A stretch of DNA of 31,441 nt, from the IMG/VR virus record IMGVR_UViG_3300032216_001307, positions 1-31,441 of that record; one strand, 5' to 3'. The stretch comes from a virus (taxonomy: Duplodnaviria > Caudoviricetes). This document shows, piece by piece, positions 7,666 to 15,328 of this stretch. The position numbers were made by a program, and so were the translations under genes. The first letter of the stretch is position 1. Each line of letters starts with the position of its first letter. Below the pieces are notes generated by a model. It worked only from the letters and a program-made list of their open reading frames with translations. It ran no database searches and was not told where the DNA came from.

Positions 7666-8600
7666 GCCGCCTCCTTCAACTCGGTAGCCTTGGCAATCAA
7701 TGCCTCCGGGCGAGCCACGATGTTCGCGCGGAGTTTTTCGGAGACATCCCGCCAGGTTTGCCCTGGCTTGATGCTTTTGTTGGAGATCAGGAAGGCGTTG
7801 ACCGCATCCTCGTTGGCTTCAAGCATCTCAAATGCCCGCACATGCTCGGCACCGACCACGACCACCGCCGGTTCAACTTTCACTTTTGGCGTTGCGATTG
7901 TAGCAAATAAATGCGCCACCGACTCCCACTCCATCGGCAACTCCTCAGCCAGTCCGCTGCGGGTCTTCGCGTCGTATGCTGCCGAGTGCGTTGTCAGGAT
8001 GATGCGTTGCTTGCCGCCGGTGCCCTTGGCCTTGCCGTTCTCTGACTCAACGACTTTCGTCTTGAACCGGAAGAACCAGAGTTCGTCCGCCCATTCCTTC
8101 ACGAGCGGCGATGACTGCTTGCTCATCTTCAGCTCGTAACGGTCGTATGCCGTCATAAGGTCCGGCGGCTCGACGCGCTGAACCTTGCTGTGAGCGAGTA
8201 GCACAACATGTTTGCCATTCGCGATTAGCGAATCCAAGGCCGTGAGCATCCGGCTCATCCGCTCGGCCACCATCACCCATCCTTTGCCGTAGCCATAATC
8301 CTCAATGCTGGCCTTCTTGGTGCTGGCGAGCAGGTCTTCCACGCATAGGCGCTCTGCCCAGTCTGCCGAGTCGATGATCACCGTCTGGTAGTCGCTGGCT
8401 GCGACCTCCTTCAGTGCGCCGTTGAGTTCCGACCAGCTGTTAATCTCGCAGCGGTCGGTGTTGAGATGTGCCGTGCCTCCCTCGATATCGAGGAACAATG
8501 GATTTGGAAACTGCGCGGCAAATGTTGTTTTGCCAACCGATTCCACTCCGTAAATGACCACGCGCTGTGGTCGTGTCTGCTTTCCTTTTGTTATTTTCAT
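7662..8600 (-). CDS. AAA_24 / Sak4-like single-strand annealing ATPase
   Basis: IYGVESVGKTT, DIEGG, IIDSAD, GYGKG, LAHS, EWAD, AKTR; ATG at 8600. Confidence 0.9.
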   Translation of the reverse strand: MKITKGKQTRPQRVVIYGVESVGKTTFAAQFPNPLFLDIEGGTAHLNTDRCEINSWSELNGALKEVAASDYQTVIIDSADWAERLCVEDLLASTKKASIEDYGYGKGWVMVAERMSRMLTALDSLIANGKHVVLLAHSKVQRVEPPDLMTAYDRYELKMSKQSSPLVKEWADELWFFRFKTKVVESENGKAKGTGGKQRIILTTHSAAYDAKTRSGLAEELPMEWESVAHLFATIATPKVKVEPAVVVVGAEHVRAFEMLEANEDAVNAFLISNKSIKPGQTWRDVSEKLRANIVARPEALIAKATELKEAA

Positions 8601-8965
8601 TAAGAATGCGGCAGATTGGTGCTGTCCGTGGTGCCGCAGTCCACAAACGAGCTTTCCCGGATGATTCGGAAAAATGTTTCGGCAGGCAGAATTGCCAGCC
8701 ATTCAGAGTCATTGCGCCGGTGCAAAACGACCGGCAGTTTGTAGCCGGCATCGCGCTTGGCCTGTGCCACCCAGTTGTAAGGGTTGCCGGACTCCACGCG
8801 CTTCACCTCAAAATGAAGCGCCGGTAATGCCTCACACACGATGTCCGGCGAGTCCTTGCCGCCTGAGAATTGTTGTCCACGGCGTGCAGGAAATCCTTCG
8901 GCTGCCAGCATCTTGCTGGCTTCCAATTCGCCTCGCTTACCCTTCTGACGAGAATTAATCCTCAT
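8600..8965 (-). CDS. Holliday junction resolvase (Hjc-like PD-(D/E)XK)
   Basis: SRQKGKRGELE...PD...HFEVK...QA..DA...PVVLHR. Confidence 0.85.
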   Translation of the reverse strand: MRINSRQKGKRGELEASKMLAAEGFPARRGQQFSGGKDSPDIVCEALPALHFEVKRVESGNPYNWVAQAKRDAGYKLPVVLHRRNDSEWLAILPAETFFRIIRESSFVDCGTTDSTNLPHS

Positions 8966-9104
8966 CGTCGAATTCCTCCCAACGGCGCCGGCGCTCGCGG
9001 TGGTCTTTTATTTCATCCCACATTGAGCGCCTTCCGATGTGGTAACAGGCGAAGCAGCTCCCGATGGATAGAAACCACAACACTATTGCAAAAGTGGCCG
9101 TCAT
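8955..9104 (-). CDS. small membrane protein
   Basis: MTATFAIVLWFLSIGSCFACYHIGRR...EEFDDED, 49 aa, fills the gap. Confidence 0.55.
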   Translation of the reverse strand: MTATFAIVLWFLSIGSCFACYHIGRRSMWDEIKDHRERRRRWEEFDDED

Positions 9105-9106
9105 TT

Positions 9107-9292
9107 TTATCCCTCCGGTGGGTTGGGAAAAGGCATCCAGTGAGTGACAGGAATTTCAATCACTCCAGCAGAGAGCCATCTCCAGTCGATGCCGTCATGG
9201 AAGCCAGCCTCAACATGGCCGTCTTCCGTAGCGACAATCACATCTGTGTCAGAGTCCGGCATGGAGTCGCTGACAGGGGTCCACGCGCTCAT
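9107..9292 (-). CDS. DUF551 family protein
   Basis: WTPVSDSMP...VTHWMPFPNPP. Confidence 0.85.
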   Translation of the reverse strand: MSAWTPVSDSMPDSDTDVIVATEDGHVEAGFHDGIDWRWLSAGVIEIPVTHWMPFPNPPEG

Positions 9293-9543
9293 TCCTTCAC
9301 CTCCTGAAGCACGACTTTAAGTGTCGTCTTCGCCACCGGCTTGACTTCAGCCAACTCTTGCACGATCAACCAACTTCCTGACCAGTCGTCGTCTCGGTCA
9401 TCCAGAGGGATGTCGCACATATTCCAGACCGCCTCAAAATCGCGGCGGATATGCGCCTCGGCAGCGGCCCTCGTGTCGAAAGGTCCGCGCACTTCCTTCA
9501 TGCTGCCGTCGAGGCTTTCGGTTTCGATGGTCCAATATCTCAT
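9289..9543 (-). CDS. hypothetical protein
   Basis: MRYWTIE...GPFDTRAAAE; ATGA overlaps on both sides. Confidence 0.7.
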   Translation of the reverse strand: MRYWTIETESLDGSMKEVRGPFDTRAAAEAHIRRDFEAVWNMCDIPLDDRDDDWSGSWLIVQELAEVKPVAKTTLKVVLQEVKE

Positions 9544-9659
9544 CGTGCGAGCCTCCATGTTGCCCAAGCCAGCCCGACGAGCGGGGTGATAATGCCGAGG
9601 TATTGGATGAAGTAGCCGAGCGAGCGGCAGACGGATTGTGGGTCGTGTAGGTCGATCAT
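9540..9659 (-). CDS. small membrane peptide
   Basis: MIDLHDPQSVCRSLGYFIQYLGIITPLVGLAWATWRLAR; ATGA coupling on both sides. Confidence 0.55.
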   Translation of the reverse strand: MIDLHDPQSVCRSLGYFIQYLGIITPLVGLAWATWRLAR

Positions 9660-9811
9660 ATTTTGGTTGGGGTGATGTGGGTGGCTTGGAGCCGGTGTTT
9701 GAGAAAAAACTTGGTCTTGGCATCGCCGAATCCGGCGGCCTCGATGAGGTCGCGGATGGGTCCGGTGAGGCGGCAAAAGCCCTCGCAGAGAAAAAGGCGG
9801 GGGGATTTCAT
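9656..9811 (-). CDS. small hypothetical protein
   Basis: MKSPAFFLCEGFCRLTG...TPTKI, 51 aa; ATGA coupling on both sides. Confidence 0.55.
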   Translation of the reverse strand: MKSPRLFLCEGFCRLTGPIRDLIEAAGFGDAKTKFFLKHRLQATHITPTKI

Positions 9812-9996
9812 TTTACCCTCCCAATGGCGCGGCTAAGATCGTTCCCAGAGAGCTTGAGCGCCTTCATGACTTCGGCCTCGTCAAACCGCCACCACCGTCC
9901 AAGTTTGAATGCGGGGATGCGGCTTTTCCGCGCCCAATCCTCGATCGTGTATTTCGCCACCCCGAGGCGAGCCGCCATTTCGGTTGAGTCGATCAT
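9808..9996 (-). CDS. xis: excisionase (HTH_17/MerR-like)
   Basis: STEMAARLGVAKYTIEDWARKSRIPAFKLGRWWRF; near the integrase. Confidence 0.85.
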   Translation of the reverse strand: MIDSTEMAARLGVAKYTIEDWARKSRIPAFKLGRWWRFDEAEVMKALKLSGNDLSRAIGRVK

Positions 9997-10163
9997 TTTG
10001 ACGCCCTCCGTTTGTTCTCTTTTTGCCGATCCATTTTTTCTTTCACGGCTTGAGCGATGATCCGTGAGACCGGCATCCGGCCTTCCGCTGCGGCTGTCTG
10101 CTTCAGCCAATCCAGCATGTCGCTCGGCATACTGACGCTTGTTTTTACGAATGCGTTTTGCAT
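9993..10163 (-). CDS. ribbon-helix-helix regulator in the Cro position
   Basis: beta strand KTSVSM followed by PSDMLDWLK...VSRIIAQAV. Confidence 0.8.
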   Translation of the reverse strand: MQNAFVKTSVSMPSDMLDWLKQTAAAEGRMPVSRIIAQAVKEKMDRQKENKRRASK

Positions 10164-10173
10164 GTCGCATTTC

Positions 10174-10316
10174 TTACTACCAAGTCGCAAGCAGTAGCAA
10201 TATTTTATTAGTAGATCACCCCATATGTGAATGTTATTTTTTAGTTGACGTCCGCATGAACACTACGTTTGCGGGCGAAAATATTTTTTTGCCTCAGTAG
10301 TAATTTCTGCTACTAT
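10174..10316. promoter_or_regulatory. divergent switch region with AGTAG/CTACT operator-like boxes and a rightward promoter
   Basis: AT-rich; TTACTAC/GTAGCAA inverted pair (10174-10200); AGTAG-N9-CTACT (10296-10314); TTGCCT (10289) plus extended -10 TGcTACTAT ending 7 nt before the A of ATG 10323. Confidence 0.6.
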
Positions 10317-10322
10317 TGAGAT

Positions 10323-10589
10323 ATGAAATCAGATTCATTGTGCAAAAAAGTCAGCGTTTCTTTGCCTGCAAAACTTCACGAATGGCTTATTCAAGAGGCC
10401 CAAAAAGAGAGCGAAAATAGAGGATCAAGATTGACCGTTTCCGCGCTGATTCAGGAAATCATTAATGATTGGAAAAAGGGAAAAGCAGTCGCCCCAGAGA
10501 TTGCTGGTGCCAATGTCCTGAGAGCGTCAAAGAGTTCCGTTTCTTTGCGCTCAACGGCTACGAAGAAGACCTCCCGCCGGGTTGGGTAG
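10323..10589 (+). CDS. ribbon-helix-helix repressor candidate in the CI position
   Basis: KKVSVSLPAKLHEWL...TVSALIQEII; divergent from the early operon. Confidence 0.75.
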   Translation: MKSDSLCKKVSVSLPAKLHEWLIQEAQKESENRGSRLTVSALIQEIINDWKKGKAVAPEIAGANVLRASKSSVSLRSTATKKTSRRVG

Positions 10590-10636
10590 CCCAGATTCAC
10601 GACTTGACTGACAATTCAGAAACCTAAACCAATTTT

Positions 10637-10912
10637 ATGAACGAACAAAAAGAACTCTACCTTCACCGAATCCGTTCTCAAAGCGCGTATCCTTGGATTC
10701 GTCGCCTTGCCCTTGTGGTCGCCTTAGCCTTTTTTTCAAGCGCCATTTTTATCTTGGTTTTAGCCTTGGCATTTTTTGGAAAATTCGGGCTGTTGGTAAC
10801 GCCAGTCTCGATCATTTTATTTATCGTTGGGGCAGTCCTCAGAGAGGCATCCATTATGCTCGCAGACATCGCCGACTCCGTCACAGACCTGAACTGCCGC
10901 TACGAGCAGTAG
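10637..10912 (+). CDS. two-TM membrane protein, possibly lysogen-expressed
   Basis: two hydrophobic segments; co-oriented with the repressor. Confidence 0.7.
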   Translation: MNEQKELYLHRIRSQSAYPWIRRLALVVALAFFSSAIFILVLALAFFGKFGLLVTPVSIILFIVGAVLREASIMLADIADSVTDLNCRYEQ

Positions 10913-10915
10913 CGA

Positions 10916-11920
10916 TTAAAGCGCCCAGAACGCTTCGGCATCAGCTTGGCGCACTGCCCTCGCGTATTTGTCCTCGACCATACGAGGCGAGGAATGCCCG
11001 AGGAAATATGCCGTCTTCGTGCTATCCTGCCACATGGCGCGGTGCATCGAGGCCGCTGTGTGCCTGAGACAATTTTGAGGCCACTCCTGCCAGCCCATGG
11101 CGTGAGCCAGCTTCGTGCGGTCGCGTTTAATTAAATCCTCTCCCAGGTCATCCCATTTTTTGGGCAAGTGCCGTTTCAATGCTGGGAGAATCGGAACAAA
11201 ACGAGGGCGCGGCTTGATGTCGGTGGACTTCCGAATCGGCACAAAAATTTCATCTTTTTCAATATGCTCCGGTCGGCACCTCCACACCTCCGAGATTCGC
11301 ATCCCACCGAAAAGCCCAAGCACGATCCAAGCATGCAGCCTGGTCTTTTTTTTCGTGAGGCTTAAAAGCTTTTTCACTTCTGGCACCGTCAGCAAGTGAT
11401 GCTCCGGCGCGGCCTTCGGCGTGTCGATCTTCAGCACAGGATTTGTCGCAGCGAGTTCGTAACGCACAAGCCAATTCCAGACTAGCCGAAGATAAACGAA
11501 CCCCTGATTCGCCGTCGTCCCGCTCCATCCGGGGCGAGACAGGAACGCTTCGATGTGGACGGGCTTTATGTCATTCAAATCCAGCGAGCCGTATTTCTCC
11601 ACAAAATGCCCCCACCACCAGTTAAGGAGGCGAGTGTGATTCCCCTCCTTCAGTTTCGGCATCCGCACCAGTTGAAATTCCTGCCACCCCTTTGCGACCG
11701 TCATGCCGGCGGACTCCTTAAAAGCATCCGTCCCGCCAGTCTCCAGTTTTTCGACAAGGGCGTCATGAGCCATCCTCGCCTCCAATCTTGTCTTAAAAAA
11801 AGTTCGCTTCTCCACCCCCGCAATCCGAGAAAAAACCACATGCCGCTGCTCTCCCCGCACCGTGGCCGTGCGAAGAGTAATGATTGGCTTGTTGCGCCGT
11901 GTTGCGTCCGTTGCGTCCAT
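10916..11920 (-). CDS. int: tyrosine integrase
   Basis: GMRISE (R), RKS (K), NCLRHT, LGHSS, KY (Y); core-binding domain; next to attP. Confidence 0.95.
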   Translation of the reverse strand: MDATDATRRNKPIITLRTATVRGEQRHVVFSRIAGVEKRTFFKTRLEARMAHDALVEKLETGGTDAFKESAGMTVAKGWQEFQLVRMPKLKEGNHTRLLNWWWGHFVEKYGSLDLNDIKPVHIEAFLSRPGWSGTTANQGFVYLRLVWNWLVRYELAATNPVLKIDTPKAAPEHHLLTVPEVKKLLSLTKKKTRLHAWIVLGLFGGMRISEVWRCRPEHIEKDEIFVPIRKSTDIKPRPRFVPILPALKRHLPKKWDDLGEDLIKRDRTKLAHAMGWQEWPQNCLRHTAASMHRAMWQDSTKTAYFLGHSSPRMVEDKYARAVRQADAEAFWAL

Positions 11921-11975
11921 AACGACATTTTCACCCATTTGAACCAATTTTCAAACAATTTCAGCCAGCCAAAGA

Positions 11976-12018
11976 AAAAGCCCGCAGAGCCAATCCATAT
12001 GCGCATCTGCGGGCTTTT
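11976..12018 (-). terminator. intrinsic terminator downstream of the tRNA fragment
   Basis: AAAAGCCCGCAGA/TCTGCGGGCTTTT inverted repeat with T tracts. Confidence 0.75.
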
Positions 12019-12026
12019 AGAAGGAG

Positions 12027-12070
12027 AGCCGACGACGAGATTCGAACTCGTGACCTATCGATTACGAATC
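12027..12070 (-). tRNA. 3' half of tRNA-Thr(CGT), attP core, not a complete tRNA
   Basis: GA-TTCGTAA-TCGAT-AGGTC-ACGAG-TTCGAAT-CTCGT-CGTCGGC-T: anticodon loop, T arm and 3' acceptor strand; 5' half absent. Confidence 0.85.
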
Positions 12071-12133
12071 AAAAAACTAGTGCTGTAAATCAAGGATTTG
12101 TAAAAGTGTTGCGCTGGTGTTGCGCTGATAGCC

Positions 12134-12406
12134 TTATTTCGGCCTGTAAAAAAACATTTGGCGCACCTGTGTGCTTCGTTTCACTTTTGCGGATTTTTTC
12201 TCGAAGCGCCCTGCGCTTACTTCGGCTTCAAGTTTTCTAAGAATTGTCTGTGGGTCGCGCCCGGATTGCTCAGCTACATCGTAGATATTTCGCCATCCTT
12301 CACGGTGGAGTTGGTCGATGTCGTCGGTTTTTGCCTCTTCAAAAACCTTCGCCCAGGCGTCGGTTATAGCGGCAGCAGCCACGGGTGGCCGTTTTTTCGT
12401 TCGCAT
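12134..12406 (-). CDS. putative wHTH DNA-binding protein
   Basis: GWRNIYDVAEQSGRDPQTILRKL; ATG at 12406. Confidence 0.6.
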   Translation of the reverse strand: MRTKKRPPVAAAAITDAWAKVFEEAKTDDIDQLHREGWRNIYDVAEQSGRDPQTILRKLEAEVSAGRFEKKSAKVKRSTQVRQMFFYRPK

Positions 12407-13092
12407 AAGTTCACGGTGATTGAGTTGTCGCAATAGTGGCCGTAGGCGAAGCCTTGGGACCATGCCAGCGTCGCGCGGCGGGCGCTGGCGTATTCCATAT
12501 CGAATCGTGCTAGCATGCCGGTGCAGTAGCCGGTGGCTCCGTCGAGCGTGCGAGCGCGCTCGCTGCCGACTCGGTGCAGATGGGCTAGGATACAGTTGCC
12601 GTAGGTCTCGGCGTGGTCCCTGATCGCTTGGACGTTGAACATGTAGCCATGCATGAATTTCGTTCCTCCGAGTTGGGCATAGCTTCGGATGTGATAAGGA
12701 TAAACTTTCGCCTTGAGCTTTTTTGCGGCGTCTTCGATGGCTTGAATGGTGAGCGTGGCGGCGTGTGCTGCAAGGGCGTTTGGCGATGCGGCGAGTTTGT
12801 AGAGCCTGGCCTCGTGGTTTCCGAAGAGGATGTGCTGCGGACGAAGTTCGTGGAGAAAATCAATGCCGGCGCTTAGGTCGTCGCTCACGCTGGCGGCTCG
12901 GTCGCTTGAGTTGGGATCGTTGACGGCTCCGGTGCGGAAGGCAGCGAGGTCGAGGAAATCGCCGAGGTGGAATGTTGTGTTGGGCTTCCATCGTTCTTTG
13001 AAAACAAGCACGGCTTTGCGGGCTTCTTCGTCGATCTGATCGCCGTGGGAGCATCCGACTGCCATCCATCGCTTCCATTTTTTTACTGTCAT
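12364..13092 (-). CDS. calcineurin-like metallophosphoesterase
   Basis: GCSHG, LGDFLD, GNHE, HG, AHLHR. Confidence 0.85.
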   Translation of the reverse strand: MTVKKWKRWMAVGCSHGDQIDEEARKAVLVFKERWKPNTTFHLGDFLDLAAFRTGAVNDPNSSDRAASVSDDLSAGIDFLHELRPQHILFGNHEARLYKLAASPNALAAHAATLTIQAIEDAAKKLKAKVYPYHIRSYAQLGGTKFMHGYMFNVQAIRDHAETYGNCILAHLHRVGSERARTLDGATGYCTGMLARFDMEYASARRATLAWSQGFAYGHYCDNSITVNLCERKNGHPWLLPL

Positions 13093-13346
13093 GGCAAGTC
13101 TGGGATCTCGTTGTCTTTTCTCAACTCCCAAATGTAGGAGCGGACTTTTTCAAGGGTGTGCTCGCAGGCGGAATGCGTTTCACCTTCTTCGTCACGCCAT
13201 TGGCGGAATTCGCCAACGCCGTGTTTAAGGAATGAGCGGATTTCGTTAAGCAGGTCGTCCAGTATTAAAATCGTATCCATGCCCTTCACCGCGCAGATGT
13301 GCTCGGTGCGTTCTTCGGGCAGGGTGAATTCGAGTGTGGCCTTCAT
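13089..13346 (-). CDS. hypothetical phage protein (MKATLEFTLPEE family)
   Basis: 85 aa; ATGA coupling. Confidence 0.75.
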   Translation of the reverse strand: MKATLEFTLPEERTEHICAVKGMDTILILDDLLNEIRSFLKHGVGEFRQWRDEEGETHSACEHTLEKVRSYIWELRKDNEIPDLP

Positions 13347-13594
13347 GCTTCGGCTTCTTCCTCTTCTTCGTCATCTTCAAATGGCCACAGGATGCTTTCA
13401 GCATCCCCGGCGAGGCTGCGGCAGGCGTATTCGTTGCCGTGCTTGGTGTGCATGTGAAATGTCTCCGCGCTGTCCTCCCAAGACACGATGACGATGCCGC
13501 AATCAAAATGTTCGGCAAGCAGCTGCCGGACTTGGGACAGGATTTCAGTGCGGTCTGGCGGCGGAGTGGCTTTTGCTTTTGGCTTGCGGCTCAC
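13343..13594 (-). CDS. hypothetical protein with acidic tail
   Basis: GTG start 14 nt after a TTTGACA box; EHFDCGIVIVSW...GNEYA. Confidence 0.7.
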   Translation of the reverse strand: MSRKPKAKATPPPDRTEILSQVRQLLAEHFDCGIVIVSWEDSAETFHMHTKHGNEYACRSLAGDAESILWPFEDDEEEEEAEA

Positions 13595-13620
13595 GAGATT
13601 GTTGCGCCTGTCAAAAGAGA

Positions 13621-14097
13621 CTAGGCGAGTATGTCTACTTTTTCGGCCACGCGCCGGCGTAGGCTGGCGAGCATTTCGGACTCGGTCATGCCGGTCGCCC
13701 ATGACGGACGGAATTGGTAATGCGGTTTGTCCACGATCTTTTTCCATCGGCCGCCCCACTCGAGGCCGAGGCTTTCGCCAAGGGGTCCTAGTTCGTCGTA
13801 GAGCGGATGGTCTTCGAGGTAGGCTTTGCCTTTGAACACGCCGATATCGACGGATAGACCGAAATTGTGATTTGAGTGGCCCGCACGGGCGTGGGTGACG
13901 ATGCGGCCTGGCGTGGTGCGGCCTTGCGCGTAGATGGCGTCCTGCTCTGCGTAGGAGCGCAGCGCGGAGATGATGCGGACATCGAGGCCGCGCGGCTGGG
14001 CAAGGTTCTTTGCCGCGCCGATGAAGGTTGCAACGCGCTTTTGAATCTCGGGATGAAGCGTGGCGAGATTGCGCTCGCTGCGGTCGTCGAGGGTCAT
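13621..14097 (-). CDS. endolysin, M15 family L-Ala-D-Glu-type peptidase
   Basis: LRSYAEQDAIYAQGRT..G.IVT.A..G.SNHNFG..VD, WGGRW, DKPH. Confidence 0.92.
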   Translation of the reverse strand: MTLDDRSERNLATLHPEIQKRVATFIGAAKNLAQPRGLDVRIISALRSYAEQDAIYAQGRTTPGRIVTHARAGHSNHNFGLSVDIGVFKGKAYLEDHPLYDELGPLGESLGLEWGGRWKKIVDKPHYQFRPSWATGMTESEMLASLRRRVAEKVDILA

Positions 14098-14228
14098 TTC
14101 TTTTTACGCGCGGGTGCTTTTTTTGGTGCGGCCTTTTTAGCGCGTGGCTTGCGGAGCGGCTTGGGGGCTGGCTCTGGCGTGGCCACTGGCATCGGCAGCA
14201 TTCGGCGGAAGAAGTCAAAGAGGTGCAT
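14094..14228 (-). CDS. small Lys/Pro/Ala-rich basic peptide
   Basis: MHLFDFFRRMLPMPVATPEPAPKPLRKPRAKKAAPKKAPARKKK; stop overlaps the endolysin ATG. Confidence 0.55.
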   Translation of the reverse strand: MHLFDFFRRMLPMPVATPEPAPKPLRKPRAKKAAPKKAPARKKK

Positions 14229-14230
14229 GA

Positions 14231-14395
14231 TCATTTTGAAGATTTAGGTGCTGGCAGTTCGTAGCAAAGATTTCCGTAGTCGGTGCGCACGCAGACCTCT
14301 GTAGTTCCGAGGCTCTGGCAGCCGGTCAGGAAGGCCATGGTAGCAAGGGCAAATGAGAGGAGGATGAGTGCTAATGCTAGGCGTGGTGGTGTCAT
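14231..14395 (-). CDS. small lipoprotein, spanin candidate
   Basis: MTPPRLALALILLSFALATMAFLTG-CQSLG...; lipobox LTGC; located in the lysis cassette. Confidence 0.65.
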   Translation of the reverse strand: MTPPRLALALILLSFALATMAFLTGCQSLGTTEVCVRTDYGNLCYELPAPKSSK

Positions 14396-14661
14396 TTGCT
14401 TTCGAGTTTGCGCTCGACGCGCTCGATCACGCTCTTTGCGCTTGTGATGACGGAAAGCATTTCTTGGTTGGCGGTTTTGAGGTGGGCAACGAACTCGGCT
14501 GTCTGGCTGTCCATGCGGTCTTGCAGGCTGTCGAGGCGGCCAGTGAAGTAGCGAAACAGAACACCGATGGCAGCAAGGCCGATGACGAGGAGGCAGACGA
14601 ACAGCCAGCGGTCGCTTTGACCGGCGGCAAAATTAGTGACATCGAGGATTTGCTTTTCCAT
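14392..14661 (-). CDS. holin-like or inner-spanin-like protein (1 TM + coiled coil)
   Basis: WLFVCLLVIGLAAIGVLF followed by a heptad region. Confidence 0.6.
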   Translation of the reverse strand: MEKQILDVTNFAAGQSDRWLFVCLLVIGLAAIGVLFRYFTGRLDSLQDRMDSQTAEFVAHLKTANQEMLSVITSAKSVIERVERKLESK

Positions 14662-15026
14662 TACAAAAAATCTGCGCTTGTGATTTCGTAGAATCGGCCT
14701 CTGAGCCGCTCGGCAGCTCTGGCTATTGATGCGGAGTCGTCAAAATAGGCTCTGGTGCGCCACGAGCCTTCGCAGTCGTAGGTGTAGAGTGTGTTTGCTC
14801 CGGGTGGGTAGAGGTAGGCAGTGATGGCGTGGCCGAGCAGTCGCCCCTTGAGCTGGTAGCTGTAGCGCACGACGCGGGCTTGGATGCCTTGGCGCTTGAG
14901 CCCTTCGGCCATGGCGATGGCTGTGGGCAGGCAGGCGTTGCGCTCGCGGGCCATCCACTCCTCGGAGTTGCGCGGAGTGACCGCGCAACCCGAGAGGAGG
15001 AGGGCTATAAGGAGCCAGGCTTTCAT
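14661..15026 (-). CDS. lipoprotein with a transglutaminase/papain-like Cys-His-Asp triad
   Basis: MKAWLLIALLLSG-C lipobox; NACL..A.A...L...GI.ARVV, GHA, YD. Confidence 0.7.
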   Translation of the reverse strand: MKAWLLIALLLSGCAVTPRNSEEWMARERNACLPTAIAMAEGLKRQGIQARVVRYSYQLKGRLLGHAITAYLYPPGANTLYTYDCEGSWRTRAYFDDSASIARAAERLRGRFYEITSADFL

Positions 15027-15325
15027 TCGGCGATGTAGGTGAGCACGCCGTCCACTGCTTTGAGCGCGTGCGTTCCTGCTGCTGGCGCTTGCGGCAGCCT
15101 GTTCTCCAACGCCATGAGGCGCTGGAGGACTGCGGCGAGCTGCAAGGTGCTGGCGGCTCCGATGTCGGCTGGCAGGATGGCGTCTGGACCCTCGATATGT
15201 TGCGACTTGTGCGCGATCGGAGGTTCTTTGCAAAACTGCCAAGTCTGGCGCTCGGGGATAAATACCCAAGTTCTGCCGGCGTCGGTGTGAACTTGGTAGT
15301 CCACCGGATCGGTCGGGAAGCTCAT
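15023..15325 (-). CDS. small tail-fibre-associated protein
   Basis: shares FP..P...G.TW, PADIGAA and P..GT..L..VDG modules with upstream fibre genes. Confidence 0.7.
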   Translation of the reverse strand: MSFPTDPVDYQVHTDAGRTWVFIPERQTWQFCKEPPIAHKSQHIEGPDAILPADIGAASTLQLAAVLQRLMALENRLPQAPAAGTHALKAVDGVLTYIAE

Positions 15326-15328
15326 GGC

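Larger units (their letters stand above)
11890..12127. mobile_element. attP region with GTTGCG arm-type repeats
   Basis: GTTGCG x3 at 11891, 11901, 11910 and GTGTTGCGCTG x2 at 12106, 12117 on either side of the tRNA-derived core. Confidence 0.7.

Noticed and set aside
12027-12110. Complete phage tRNA gene
   Set aside because: D arm and 5' acceptor strand are absent; explained as the attP core
13595-14218. N-terminal part of the 291 aa ORF 13343-14218
   Set aside because: Arg-rich shadow frame over the endolysin; the real gene likely starts at GTG 13594
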